Below the pieces are notes generated by a model that did no database searches, was not told the DNA's origin, and saw only the letters and a program-made list of their open reading frames with translations. Shown piece after piece: positions 51,043 through 60,310 of a stretch of DNA of 64,000 bases. The translations under genes and the position numbers were made by a program. Origin of the DNA: Pyrinomonadaceae bacterium (lineage in GTDB: Bacteria > Acidobacteriota > Blastocatellia > Pyrinomonadales > Pyrinomonadaceae); assembly GCA_046313635.1 (NCBI GenBank), contig JBKBYA010000013.1:13425-77424 (forward strand), in the 5' to 3' direction. Position 1 is the stretch's first letter; each line of letters opens with the position of its first letter.

Positions 51043-52482
51043 GTGACAAATTCACCGACCCCGAACGCGAGTTACAGTCTCACGCTGCGCGTCCGAATTC
51101 ACAATAAGCCCGGCAAACTCGGCGAGATCACGACCGCCATCGGCAGGGCCGGCGGCGATATCGAGGGTATCGATATCGTCAGCGTCGGCAAGGACTTTTT
51201 GATCCGCGACATCACCGTGAATGCGGCCAGCGAATCGCACGACCAACAGATCGTCGCGTCGCTCGACGACATCGACGGCGTCGAGGTCGTCAATGTCAGC
51301 GACCGCACATTCCTGATGCATCTCGGCGGCAAGATCGAGACCGTGTCGAAGATGCCGCTCAAGACGCGCTCGGACCTCTCGATGGCGTACACGCCCGGCG
51401 TCGCGCGTGTCTGCGAGGCGATCCGTAAAGATCCCGAAAAGGTCTTTAATCTCACCATCAAAAAGAACACTGTCGCCGTCGTCTCGGACGGCACCGCCGT
51501 GCTCGGCCTCGGCGATATCGGCCCGGCGGCGGCGATGCCCGTGATGGAAGGCAAATGCCAGCTCTTTAAAGAATTCGGCGGCGTCGACGCCTTCCCGATC
51601 TGTCTCAGCACAAAAGATCCGCACGAGATCGTCCAGACCATCAAGCGGATCTCGGTCGCATTCGGCGGCATCAATCTCGAGGACATCTCGGCGCCGCGGT
51701 GCTTCGAGATCGAGGAGCGTCTAAAGGAGGAGCTCGACATCCCGGTCTTTCACGACGATCAGCACGGCACCGCCGTGGTCGTGCTCGCGGCGCTCATCAA
51801 CGCACTCAAGATCGTCGGCAAAAAGATCGACGAGATCAAGGTCGTCGTCAACGGCGTCGGCGCCGCCGGCGTCGCCTGCTCAAAGATCGTGATGGCGGCC
51901 GGCGTCAAGAATATCGTCGGCTGCGACCAGACCGGCGCGCTCTACGAGGGCCGCACCGAGCATATGAACTGGGTCAAGGACTGGTACGCGCGAAACACCA
52001 ACCCCGACCGCGAGACCGGCAGCATTCACGACGTGATCAAGGGGGCCGACGTGTTCTTTGGGCTCTCTGTGCCCGGCGTGATCGGCCAGGACGACCTCAA
52101 GGCGATGGCCAAGGACCCGATCGTGTTCGCGATGGCAAATCCGATCCCTGAGATAATGCCCGAGGACGCCGCCGGGCACGTCGCGGTGATGGCGACCGGG
52201 AGGTCGGACTACCCGAACCAGATCAACAACGTCCTTTGCTTTCCGGGCATTTTCCGCGGCGCGCTCAACTGCCGGGCCTCGCGCATCAACGAGGCGATGA
52301 AGCTCGCGGCCGCCCACGCTATCGCCGGCATCATCACCGACTCCGAGCTGCATCCCGATTACATTATCCCGTCCGTCTTTGATAAGCGTGTCGGCGAGGC
52401 CGTTGCCGACGGCGTCGAGGAGGCCGCGTACGCGTCGGGCGTCGCGCGGCGCGAGCGGACGACGACCGAATCGGTGATCTGA
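51043..52482 (+). CDS. Malic enzyme with N-terminal ACT domain
   Basis: AYTPGVA, DGTAVLGLGDIG, INLEDI, FHDDQHGTA, TGRSDYPNQINN. Confidence 0.93.
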   Translation: MTNSPTPNASYSLTLRVRIHNKPGKLGEITTAIGRAGGDIEGIDIVSVGKDFLIRDITVNAASESHDQQIVASLDDIDGVEVVNVSDRTFLMHLGGKIETVSKMPLKTRSDLSMAYTPGVARVCEAIRKDPEKVFNLTIKKNTVAVVSDGTAVLGLGDIGPAAAMPVMEGKCQLFKEFGGVDAFPICLSTKDPHEIVQTIKRISVAFGGINLEDISAPRCFEIEERLKEELDIPVFHDDQHGTAVVVLAALINALKIVGKKIDEIKVVVNGVGAAGVACSKIVMAAGVKNIVGCDQTGALYEGRTEHMNWVKDWYARNTNPDRETGSIHDVIKGADVFFGLSVPGVIGQDDLKAMAKDPIVFAMANPIPEIMPEDAAGHVAVMATGRSDYPNQINNVLCFPGIFRGALNCRASRINEAMKLAAAHAIAGIITDSELHPDYIIPSVFDKRVGEAVADGVEEAAYASGVARRERTTTESVI

Positions 52483-52488
52483 ACACGC

Positions 52489-52516
52489 GGCGGCCGAACG
52501 AGGCCGCCTTTTTTTT
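52489..52516 (+). terminator. Rho-independent terminator
   Basis: GGCGGCC-GAACGA-GGCCGCC followed by T8. Confidence 0.8.
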
Positions 52517-52584
52517 ACGCGTTTATCCCGTTGCGGCCGCTCGCGGGTCGAGTGTATCCTTCTCAGGAACCAAGGCAGGGAACT

Positions 52585-53238
52585 TTGCTCAGACGACGTT
52601 TACAGCATCTATCGGTCGAGGAATTTGCCAATACGATCACGCACGGGTTTGGCCTCGTGTTGAGCGTGATCGGATCTGTCATCCTCACCGCGATGGCCGT
52701 CTCTCGCGGCGGGACGGCTCTGATCGTGAGCTCGATCGTTTACGGCGTTTCGCTGCTCGTGCTCTACGCGGCGTCGACGGCGTATCACAGCGTGACGACA
52801 CATGACCTCAAGCGCCGCCTGCAGATCGTCGATCACTGCTGCATCTACCTCCTGATCGCCGGGACGTACACACCGTTTGGCGTGCTGGTGATCGGCGGTG
52901 AGCTCGGCCGCAACCTAATGATCGCCATCTGGGGATTAGCCGTCGTCGGGGTCGCGTCAAAGCTGATCTTCAAACATCGCTTCACCGCGGTCTCGGTCGT
53001 CTCGTACGTCCTGATGGGCTGGCTTGGCGCGTTTGGACTGCAGTCGCTGATCGACGCCCTCGGGATGACGGCCGCGGCGCTGGCGGTCGTCGGCGGCCTC
53101 GCGTACACCTTTGGCGTGATCTTTTTTGCCTGGCAGCGGCTGCCTCACAATCACGCGATCTTTCACGTCTTTGTGCTCGCCGGCAGCGTACTGCACTATC
53201 TCGCGGTGGTGATCTACGTCATTCCTTTGGCTCGCTGA
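52585..53238 (+). CDS. Hemolysin III / PAQR family membrane protein
   Basis: EEFANTITHG, STAYH, DHCCIYLLIAGTYTP, HAIFHVFVLAGS; start uncertain (TTG 52585 or 52531). Confidence 0.9.
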   Translation: MLRRRLQHLSVEEFANTITHGFGLVLSVIGSVILTAMAVSRGGTALIVSSIVYGVSLLVLYAASTAYHSVTTHDLKRRLQIVDHCCIYLLIAGTYTPFGVLVIGGELGRNLMIAIWGLAVVGVASKLIFKHRFTAVSVVSYVLMGWLGAFGLQSLIDALGMTAAALAVVGGLAYTFGVIFFAWQRLPHNHAIFHVFVLAGSVLHYLAVVIYVIPLAR

Positions 53239-53342
53239 TCGCGAGTCAGATCCCGAATTCATATTTTGCAATGGCGGCTTGCCGCCCGACGCGTCGCTTT
53301 CGCTGTTTTGTCGACGCCGCTTTCGTCCGCGATACTTTGGTG

Positions 53343-54074
53343 ATGACGTACGAGGTAAAGGTCGGCACATGCGGGTTTGGCCGCGCAAAAAAGGACGAGT
53401 ACGCGCGGCGTCTGCCGACGGTCGAGATCCAGCACACGTTCTATAAGCCGCCGCAGATCAAGACGCTCGAGCGCTGGCGGGCCGAGATGCCGGCGGAGTT
53501 TGAGTTCACGCTCAAGGCGTGGCAGTTCATCACGCACGAGGCCGGCAGCCCGACCTACCGGCGTCTTAAGCGGCCGCTCACCGAAAAAGAAGAGAAGGAG
53601 GCCGGTGCCTTCAAACCGACCGACACCGTGATGGAAGCGTGGCAGGTCACGCTCGATTCGGCGCGGGCCCTGAAGGCGCGAACGATACTTTTTCAGTGCC
53701 CGGCAAAGTTCAAACAGACGCCGGAGAACATCAAGAACCTTCGCAAGTTCTTCAAGACGATCGCCCGCGAGGATATGAATTTCGTCTGGGAGCCGCGCGG
53801 CACGACGTGGGACGACAAGACCGTCAAAACGATCTGCGACGACCTCGGCCTATGGCACTGCGTCGATCCTTTCAAGGCTCGCACCGTCACGTCCGACCGG
53901 TGCTACTACCGCCTCCACGGCATCGGCGGCTGGCGATACAAGTACGAAGAAGGCGAACTCGACGAGCTCGTTTCGCTGCTGCCCGAAGACAAATTGGCCT
54001 ACGTCGTCTTTAACAACAACGAGATGTTTGAGGACGCGATGCGGTTCAAGAGGATCGTCGAGTCGGCGGCCTAG
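53343..54074 (+). CDS. DUF72 family protein
   Basis: VGTCGF, VEIQHTFY, FTLKA, LFQCP, YYRLHG, YVVFNN; start at MTYE (53343). Confidence 0.9.
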   Translation: MTYEVKVGTCGFGRAKKDEYARRLPTVEIQHTFYKPPQIKTLERWRAEMPAEFEFTLKAWQFITHEAGSPTYRRLKRPLTEKEEKEAGAFKPTDTVMEAWQVTLDSARALKARTILFQCPAKFKQTPENIKNLRKFFKTIAREDMNFVWEPRGTTWDDKTVKTICDDLGLWHCVDPFKARTVTSDRCYYRLHGIGGWRYKYEEGELDELVSLLPEDKLAYVVFNNNEMFEDAMRFKRIVESAA

Positions 54075-54083
54075 CAAGATCGA

Positions 54084-54767
54084 TCAGGCGACAAACTTAT
54101 AGCCAAAACCGTGCACCGTCTGAATGTACCGCGGGCGTCGCGGATTGACCTCCAGCTTTTGCCTGAGCCATGCGATGTGGACGTCGACGGTGCGCGTCGT
54201 AGGCGTCGCGTCGTATCCCCAGACGGCGTCGAGCAGCTGGTCGCGCGAGTGGACGACGTTTGGATTTTCGACGAGGTACTGCAGGAGCTTGAATTCGAGC
54301 GCCGACATCTCGACCGCTGAGCCGTTTCGCACGACCTCGGCCCTTCGAAGGTCGATCGCGACGTCGCCAAATCTAAAGACATTGGTCGAGCGGCCTTTCC
54401 CCGCAGAAGGAGCGCGCCGCAGCAGCGCCTCGACGCGGGCCAGCAGCTCCATCACTTCGAAAGGCTTCGTAAGATAATCGTCCGCGCCGAGCTTTAGGCC
54501 TAAGACCTTATCGATGGTCTCGCCCTTTGCCGTGAGCATCAGGATCGGCGTCGCGACGCCCGCCGCGCGCAGATCGCGGCAGACGTCGTACCCGTTCTTT
54601 TTCGGCAGCATCACGTCGAGGATGATCAGGTCGTGCCCGCCGCCGAGCGCGAGCTCGTAACCCGTCAGCCCGTCCTCGGCGCTCAAAACCTCAAACCCCT
54701 CACTCCGCAGCCGATCGGTCAGCGTCAGTATCAGGCCCTGTTCATCTTCGACGAGAAGGATCTTCAT
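54084..54767 (-). CDS. OmpR/PhoB family response regulator
   Basis: ILLVEDE, LDVMLP, GADDYLTKPF, RTVDVHIAWLRQKLE, TVHGFGYKF. Confidence 0.96.
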   Translation of the reverse strand: MKILLVEDEQGLILTLTDRLRSEGFEVLSAEDGLTGYELALGGGHDLIILDVMLPKKNGYDVCRDLRAAGVATPILMLTAKGETIDKVLGLKLGADDYLTKPFEVMELLARVEALLRRAPSAGKGRSTNVFRFGDVAIDLRRAEVVRNGSAVEMSALEFKLLQYLVENPNVVHSRDQLLDAVWGYDATPTTRTVDVHIAWLRQKLEVNPRRPRYIQTVHGFGYKFVA

Positions 54768-54773
54768 TCGTTA

Positions 54774-55250
54774 GTGGTGAAGCGTGAAGCGTGAAGTGTG
54801 AACGGTGAATGGTGAGTGGTGAACGGTGAACGGTAAACGGTAAATGGTGAACGGTGAACGGTAAACGGTAAACGGTAAACGGTAAACGGTAAGCGGTAAA
54901 CGGTAAATGGTGAACGGTGAACGGTAAATGGTGAACGGTGAACGGTAAACGGTAAGTGGTAAATGAAGGATGCCATTCACAATTCACGATTTACGAGTCA
55001 CGATTCACTATCCGCTCAAGTCTGTCCATTCACCATTTACCATTTACCGCTTACCGTTTATGAACGGTGAACGGTGAACGGTAAACGGTAAGTGGTAAAT
55101 GAAGGATGCCATTCACAATTCACGATTTACGATTTACGAGTCACGATCCGCTCAAAGCTGTCCATTTACCATTTACCATTTACCACTTACCGTTTACCAC
55201 TCACCACTTACCGTTTACCACTCACCACTCACCCTTCACCGTTAACCACG
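54774..55250. repeat. Large inverted heptamer array (ACGGTRA / TTYACCR) with internal duplication
   Basis: 27 in-register 7-mers 54774-54962; spacer ATGAAGGATGCCATTCACAATTCACG..TCCGCTCAA..CTGTCCA present twice; reverse-complement units follow. Confidence 0.95.
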
Positions 55251-57070
55251 GGTAGCTCTATCGTAAACCTGCTTCCGCGCCCCGATCCGCTTTCGGCGGT
55301 GACGCGGCCGCCGTGGGCTTCGGCGATCTGTTTTACGAGCGAGAGGCCGAGGCCGCTGCCGTGGATCTGCGCGTCGACGACCGTTCTTGACCTGTAAAAA
55401 GGCTCGAATACATGTTTCAGATCAGCGCTCGATATGCCGATCCCGCGGTCTTCGACGACGATCTTCACCGTGCCGCCGCCGTTCGCCGCCGAGACCCTGA
55501 TCCATCTTTGCCCGTTGGCGTACTTGACCGAGTTCGCGATGAGGTTTTGGATCGCCCTATTCAATGCCGCCTCGTCGGCCGAGACCGACGGCAGCGCCGG
55601 CGGGATGTCGGTCTCGACCGCAAAGCCCTCAGACTCGAGCAGCGGACGGCTGTCGTCGACGGCCCGTGCGACAAGCGACGCGATGTCGACCGGGCGAAAG
55701 TTGTACTTCTGCCGGCCCGAATTTGCCCCGGCAAATTCGAGTATCTGCTCGACCATCGCCGAAAGTTTTTTACCCTCGCCCTTGATCAGCCGGCCGTAAC
55801 GCGCGACCTGTGATCCGTCTTTTGCGACGCCGTCGGCGAGATTTTCGCCGGCGGAGTAGATCACCGCGAGCGGCGTGCGGAACTCGTGCGAGACGCTCGA
55901 GACAAAATCGACCTGCCGCTGGGCGAAAAGCCTCGCCCGCGCAGACGAGACGATGATCCCCGCGACCGCCGCGCCGAGCAGAGCGAGAATGCCAAATCCG
56001 ACACCAAGATTTCGCCATTCGGTCTTCGCCACCGACGCGGCGACCGAACCGTCGCGGTGCCGCGCAGTGAGCGTCCACGGCGGCGGCTCGCCCGTTCTCG
56101 TTCGGGTCGCGATCATCGACGCTCTCGCCGGACCGTTCTGCTTCATCTCGACGGTCACCTGGCCGGTCTTTGCAACGCGCTTTTCGATCTGGCTGAACGA
56201 GTGCGTTTCGAGCCGCGAATCAAAAACTACGGTGCCCGGCCTTTTATCGCCGCCGCCGATCGACGAGAGCACGTCGCGATTAGAAAAGAGAATGAAGTTC
56301 TCCGCCGACAGATCGAAGAGCCTCGCCCGCGCATCGCCGTCGCCGGCTGCTGCGTCGACCGGCACAGATCGATATTCGCTGCGGCCCGCGCCGTCGTCGA
56401 CCGATATCGCAAACTCGCCGTCGCCAAAATGCCGGTCGGTGAGATCCGGCAGCAGGCGTCCGGTGATGGTCGACTTGTCGAGGCGGATCGCGAGATAGCC
56501 GACGGTCTTTGGTCTGGGGAGGGGCGGCGACGCTTCGTCGCCGCGCGTGCGGCGGATAAAGATGCGCTCGATCTTTGGCGGAGCCTCGCTGATCGGCAGC
56601 ACGAGCGTCGAGATGTCGGCGAGGACCGGCGTGAACGTATCGCCCGCGCCGATGCGCGAGCGCAGCGTGCGAAGCTCGTCGTTCCACGCTGCCTGCTCAA
56701 ACCGGGCGCCGTCGGCGCCGCTGTGAACGAGAGGTTCGGCATCTTCGCTTTCGGCGTCGAAATATACAAAGCCCGCGACGAGCGTCGGGTACTGCGTCTT
56801 CGACCGCCAGTAGGCCAGTCGCTCGTTGAACTCGCTCCAGTCGCGGTCTCGCCACGACAGCGCGTCGGTCTGAAAGTTGAAATACGCGCCCTGCATCTCG
56901 CGATTGAAATCGCTCGCAAATCGCGTCGTCGCTTCGTGCACGCGCCGCTGCATCTTTTCGGCCTCGCTCGCGCTGATCTGCCGCTGCCAGCGGAACTGCA
57001 GCGCGCCGAGCAGCAACAGCAGTCCGACGAGCGCGGCAAAGAGCAGGATTGTCGAGAGCGATCGCTTCAT
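55229..57070 (-). CDS. Sensor histidine kinase
   Basis: Two TM helices, FVSSVSHEFRTPL, NLIANSVKY, DRGIGI, GSGLGLSLV; start at MKRS (57070). Confidence 0.95.
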   Translation of the reverse strand: MKRSLSTILLFAALVGLLLLLGALQFRWQRQISASEAEKMQRRVHEATTRFASDFNREMQGAYFNFQTDALSWRDRDWSEFNERLAYWRSKTQYPTLVAGFVYFDAESEDAEPLVHSGADGARFEQAAWNDELRTLRSRIGAGDTFTPVLADISTLVLPISEAPPKIERIFIRRTRGDEASPPLPRPKTVGYLAIRLDKSTITGRLLPDLTDRHFGDGEFAISVDDGAGRSEYRSVPVDAAAGDGDARARLFDLSAENFILFSNRDVLSSIGGGDKRPGTVVFDSRLETHSFSQIEKRVAKTGQVTVEMKQNGPARASMIATRTRTGEPPPWTLTARHRDGSVAASVAKTEWRNLGVGFGILALLGAAVAGIIVSSARARLFAQRQVDFVSSVSHEFRTPLAVIYSAGENLADGVAKDGSQVARYGRLIKGEGKKLSAMVEQILEFAGANSGRQKYNFRPVDIASLVARAVDDSRPLLESEGFAVETDIPPALPSVSADEAALNRAIQNLIANSVKYANGQRWIRVSAANGGGTVKIVVEDRGIGISSADLKHVFEPFYRSRTVVDAQIHGSGLGLSLVKQIAEAHGGRVTAESGSGRGSRFTIELPVVNGEG

Positions 57071-57149
57071 TTCAAAAGCGCGAAGCACGCGCGGCCTCTC
57101 GTGGCCCATTGTCCACTCTGCACTTTTCGGTGTCCACTGCTTTTCGGCA

Positions 57150-57189
57150 CTTTTTACATCCTTAACAATTTCTTTGCCTGGTCTTAACC
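57150..57189 (+). promoter_or_regulatory. Putative OmpR-type tandem binding boxes
   Basis: CTTAACA (57161), CTTTGCC (57172), CTTAACC (57183) at 11-bp spacing between divergent genes. Confidence 0.45.
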
Positions 57190-57257
57190 ACACGTTGGTC
57201 AGGCGGTGAAATAATCGGTACCGTCAGAAAACCATTCGACGGCTTGGGAGGCAATTT

Positions 57258-58352
57258 ATGAGACGATTCATCACTTCAGTTTTATGCGTATCGGTCTTCT
57301 TCATCGGGCTCGGCGCCCTGGTAGAGAAGGCAGGGGCCGCGTTTCGCTCGGACGAGAAGGCGCTCGCCATTATCGCCGCGGCACGCAAGGCGATCGGCGG
57401 CGACGCGGCGATCAACAACATTCGCAGCCTGCGCGTCAGAGGCAGCACGGTCAAGATCCTGAAGATCGGCGGCGAAGAAAAAAGCATTGCCGGCGAGACC
57501 GAGATCGCGATGCAGCTGCCCGACAAATTTTCCAAGATCGTTAAGCTCGGCAGCGGCGGAGAAGATCGGCCCGGCGACGCGAGCATCGACGTGCTGGTCA
57601 CCAGCGACCGGCCGAGCGGCGTCGGACCGCATAAGGTAACGATCAAAAAAGGCGAAGGCGGCCAGGAGATCGCGGTCAAAAGGTCGGATGCCGACGTAAA
57701 GGAGATCGAGACCGCCGACGGCGGGCGAGTCATCGTTCGCAGTATCTCGAAGGACGGCGAGCCGGCAAGATCACGATCCGGTGATGGAGCCAAGGTGTTT
57801 GTCGACAAGCGTGTCGGTGACGCCGGCCGCCCGGGGCCGCGGCAAGACGAGTTTGCCCGGACGCTGCTCGCACTGCTGCTCTCGACGCCGGGCGACGCCG
57901 CGGCGAATTTCACGTTTGGCGGTGAACATCAGATCGACGGCCGACAATGTAATATGATCGTTGCCGACCTCGGCTCGTCGAGCGTGCGGCTGTACCTCGA
58001 TCGCGACTCAAACCTCCCGGTGATGGTCGCTTACACGGCGGTCGAGCCGCAGGTCGTCTTTTTCCGAAAGGAGGCCCCGGCCGGCCGGGCGTTGGGCGAA
58101 AAGAAGGACGTCGTGACCTTTGACCGCAAGGCCGACGCGAGCACTACGGCGGTCGAATACCAGGTCCGCTTCTCAGACTACCGTTCGGTCGACGGCGTGC
58201 AGCTCCCGTACAAGTGGGTGACGACCGTCAACGGTGCGGCAGGTGAGACATTTGACGTCGCGTCGTACGAGGTCAATCCCGCGAATATCGCCGACGCGTT
58301 CGGCAAGCAGCGGATATTTGTTCGCGAGGCCAAGCCGGACCAGAACAAGTGA
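57258..58352 (+). CDS. Hypothetical exported protein
   Basis: GGAGG RBS; N-terminal hydrophobic segment; ARKAIGG, RLYLDRDSNLP, FSDYRSVDGVQLP. Confidence 0.8.
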   Translation: MRRFITSVLCVSVFFIGLGALVEKAGAAFRSDEKALAIIAAARKAIGGDAAINNIRSLRVRGSTVKILKIGGEEKSIAGETEIAMQLPDKFSKIVKLGSGGEDRPGDASIDVLVTSDRPSGVGPHKVTIKKGEGGQEIAVKRSDADVKEIETADGGRVIVRSISKDGEPARSRSGDGAKVFVDKRVGDAGRPGPRQDEFARTLLALLLSTPGDAAANFTFGGEHQIDGRQCNMIVADLGSSSVRLYLDRDSNLPVMVAYTAVEPQVVFFRKEAPAGRALGEKKDVVTFDRKADASTTAVEYQVRFSDYRSVDGVQLPYKWVTTVNGAAGETFDVASYEVNPANIADAFGKQRIFVREAKPDQNK

Positions 58353-58373
58353 TCCCCGTTCGAAGGGCGGGCG

Positions 58374-58397
58374 AGGCGGGGCGACCCGCCTTTTTTT
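58374..58397 (+). terminator. Rho-independent terminator
   Basis: GGCGGG-GCGA-CCCGCC followed by T7. Confidence 0.85.
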
Positions 58398-58475
58398 CGT
58401 TTACGCGACGGCCTTGCCGGCCCGCACCTTCGCGGCACACGCATCCCGCCCGCAGACCATCAAAACCGGCGAATT

Positions 58476-58498
58476 TGTTATAATTTACGCTCCGGAGG
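58476..58498 (+). promoter_or_regulatory. Extended -10 promoter and SD of hflX
   Basis: TGTTATAAT at 58476-58484; GGAGG at 58494-58498. Confidence 0.7.
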
Positions 58499-58507
58499 AA
58501 GGTCAGT

Positions 58508-60280
58508 ATCAGCAATATCCACGGCTTCACAAAAGGGTTGAAGCAAAACCAGCTCAAGCGCATCGAACGCCTCGCCACGCGGCGCGTCGCTCCCGATCAG
58601 ATCATTTCACCCGAGCTTGCACGGCAGATGACCGAGATCTCGCACGAGACCAATCGGCAGGTCGGCGTACTGCTCAATCGCAAGGGCCAGGTCGAGTACG
58701 TTATGGTCGGCACAGCGAAGCAGATCGAGATGCCCGACTTTGGCCGCGCCCGCGTGTCGGCCGACCGCTTCCGCGGACTCCGATGCGTTCACACGCACCT
58801 GCTCGGCGAAAAGCTCACGCAGGACGACCTCACCGACCTCGCCCTGCTGCGCCTCGACCTGATGTCGATCATCCAGGTCGATAGATCAAACGGCCTGCCC
58901 GGTCTCGTCCACTCGGCGCACCTCGTACCGGCCCAGCCGGGTTCCGAGTTCGGGGTTCAGCGTTCCGGGGCGAACGGGCACTCTGAACTCGAAACCCCGA
59001 ACTCTGAACTGCGAGGCTCTGACTCGCTCCCGTACGAATTCCTCGAGCCCGCGATCCCGGCCCATCTCGAGACCGACTTTCTCTCGCTGATCAACTCGCT
59101 CGAGGACGAGATGGCACGCGTCCGCCAAACGGCGCGCAGCCGGCAGGCAAACCGCGACCGGGCGATCCTGATCAGCGTCACGACCGGCAGCACGGACGAT
59201 GCCGCGGAGTCGCTCGCGGAGCTCGAGGAGCTCGCCGCGTCGGCGGGCGTCTTTGTCCTCGACAAGATCATCCAGCGCCGCCCGCAGATCGATCCGCGAA
59301 CCGTGCTCGGCCGCGGCAAGCTCGACGAGCTGCTCATCCGCTCGATGCGGCTCGGCGCGGATATGATCATCTTTGACGCCGAGCTCGGCCCGGCGCAGGT
59401 GCGTTCGCTCTCGGAGGCGACCGAGCTCAAGGTCATCGACCGTCCGCAGCTCATCCTCGACATCTTTGCGCAGCGCGCGCAGAGCCGCGAGGGCAAGCTG
59501 CAGGTCGAGCTGGCGCAGCTCAAGTATCTTTTGCCCCGGCTGGTCGTCGGACAAAACTCCGCATTCTCGCGGCTTGCCGGCGGCATCGGCGGACGCGGGC
59601 CCGGCGAGACCAAGCTCGAGACAGACCGGCGCCGAGTGCGCGACCGCATCTCGCAATTGGAACGCGCCGTCGACGACCTCGGCCGCCAGCGGCAGGAGCG
59701 CCGCAAGAACCGCGTTCAAAAGCACCTGCCGATCATCTCGCTCGTCGGCTACACCAACGCCGGAAAATCGACCCTGCTCAACGCGCTCACGCAATCGGAC
59801 GTTTACGCCGAGCAGAAGATGTTCGCGACGCTCGACCCGACGTCGCGCCGACTGCGTCTGCCGTACGAGCAGGAGGTCATCATCAACGACACGGTCGGCT
59901 TCATTCGCGATCTGCCCGCAGCACTCGTCTCGGCGTTTCGCGCGACGCTCGAGGAGATCGCCGACAGCGACCTGCTGGTTCACGTCGTCGACGCGTCAAA
60001 TCCGCGCGTCGAGCAGCAGATCGGATCGGTCGAGGGCATTCTCAAGGAACTCTCTCTCGACCGCATTCCGCAGGTGCTCGTGCTGAACAAGTCAGACCTC
60101 ATCGCGGCCGACGATCTCGACGCGCTGCGGCGCAGGGTGATGCTTGACAGGAGTGCGGAATGCGTGGCAATTTCAGCTATCCGCCGGGATACCCTCCGTC
60201 CGCTGGTGGAAGCGATGGCAGTCAGGATAGGCATGTTCTCGGTACCGAGCGACGAGGTCGCGGCGGCCGGCAATCTTTAG
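58508..60280 (+). CDS. hflX: Ribosome-splitting GTPase HflX (long N-terminal form)
   Basis: LILDIFAQRA, GPGETKLETDRR, GYTNAGKST, FATLDPT, DTVGF, NKSD; start inferred at ATC 58508 (first TTG is 58538). Confidence 0.93.
   Translation: MSNIHGFTKGLKQNQLKRIERLATRRVAPDQIISPELARQMTEISHETNRQVGVLLNRKGQVEYVMVGTAKQIEMPDFGRARVSADRFRGLRCVHTHLLGEKLTQDDLTDLALLRLDLMSIIQVDRSNGLPGLVHSAHLVPAQPGSEFGVQRSGANGHSELETPNSELRGSDSLPYEFLEPAIPAHLETDFLSLINSLEDEMARVRQTARSRQANRDRAILISVTTGSTDDAAESLAELEELAASAGVFVLDKIIQRRPQIDPRTVLGRGKLDELLIRSMRLGADMIIFDAELGPAQVRSLSEATELKVIDRPQLILDIFAQRAQSREGKLQVELAQLKYLLPRLVVGQNSAFSRLAGGIGGRGPGETKLETDRRRVRDRISQLERAVDDLGRQRQERRKNRVQKHLPIISLVGYTNAGKSTLLNALTQSDVYAEQKMFATLDPTSRRLRLPYEQEVIINDTVGFIRDLPAALVSAFRATLEEIADSDLLVHVVDASNPRVEQQIGSVEGILKELSLDRIPQVLVLNKSDLIAADDLDALRRRVMLDRSAECVAISAIRRDTLRPLVEAMAVRIGMFSVPSDEVAAAGNL
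58941..59009. repeat. Inverted heptamer array inside hflX coding sequence
   Basis: GTTCCGA GTTCGGG GTTCAGC GTTCCGG ... TCTGAAC TCGAAAC CCCGAAC TCTGAAC. Confidence 0.8.
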
Positions 60281-60310
60281 ACTTCGCTGCCGGCACGCGG
60301 ATTCCATCAG

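Noticed and set aside
53265..53335. GGCGGCTTGCCGCC palindrome and nearby partial repeats upstream of DUF72
   Set aside because: May be a decayed REP, but it is a single degenerate copy in this window.
54742..55397. Short ORFs with FTVYRLP-type repeats and the idea of a CRISPR array
   Set aside because: The ORFs are translations of a 7-bp repeat open in several frames. There are no constant 23-47-bp repeats with unique spacers and no cas genes.
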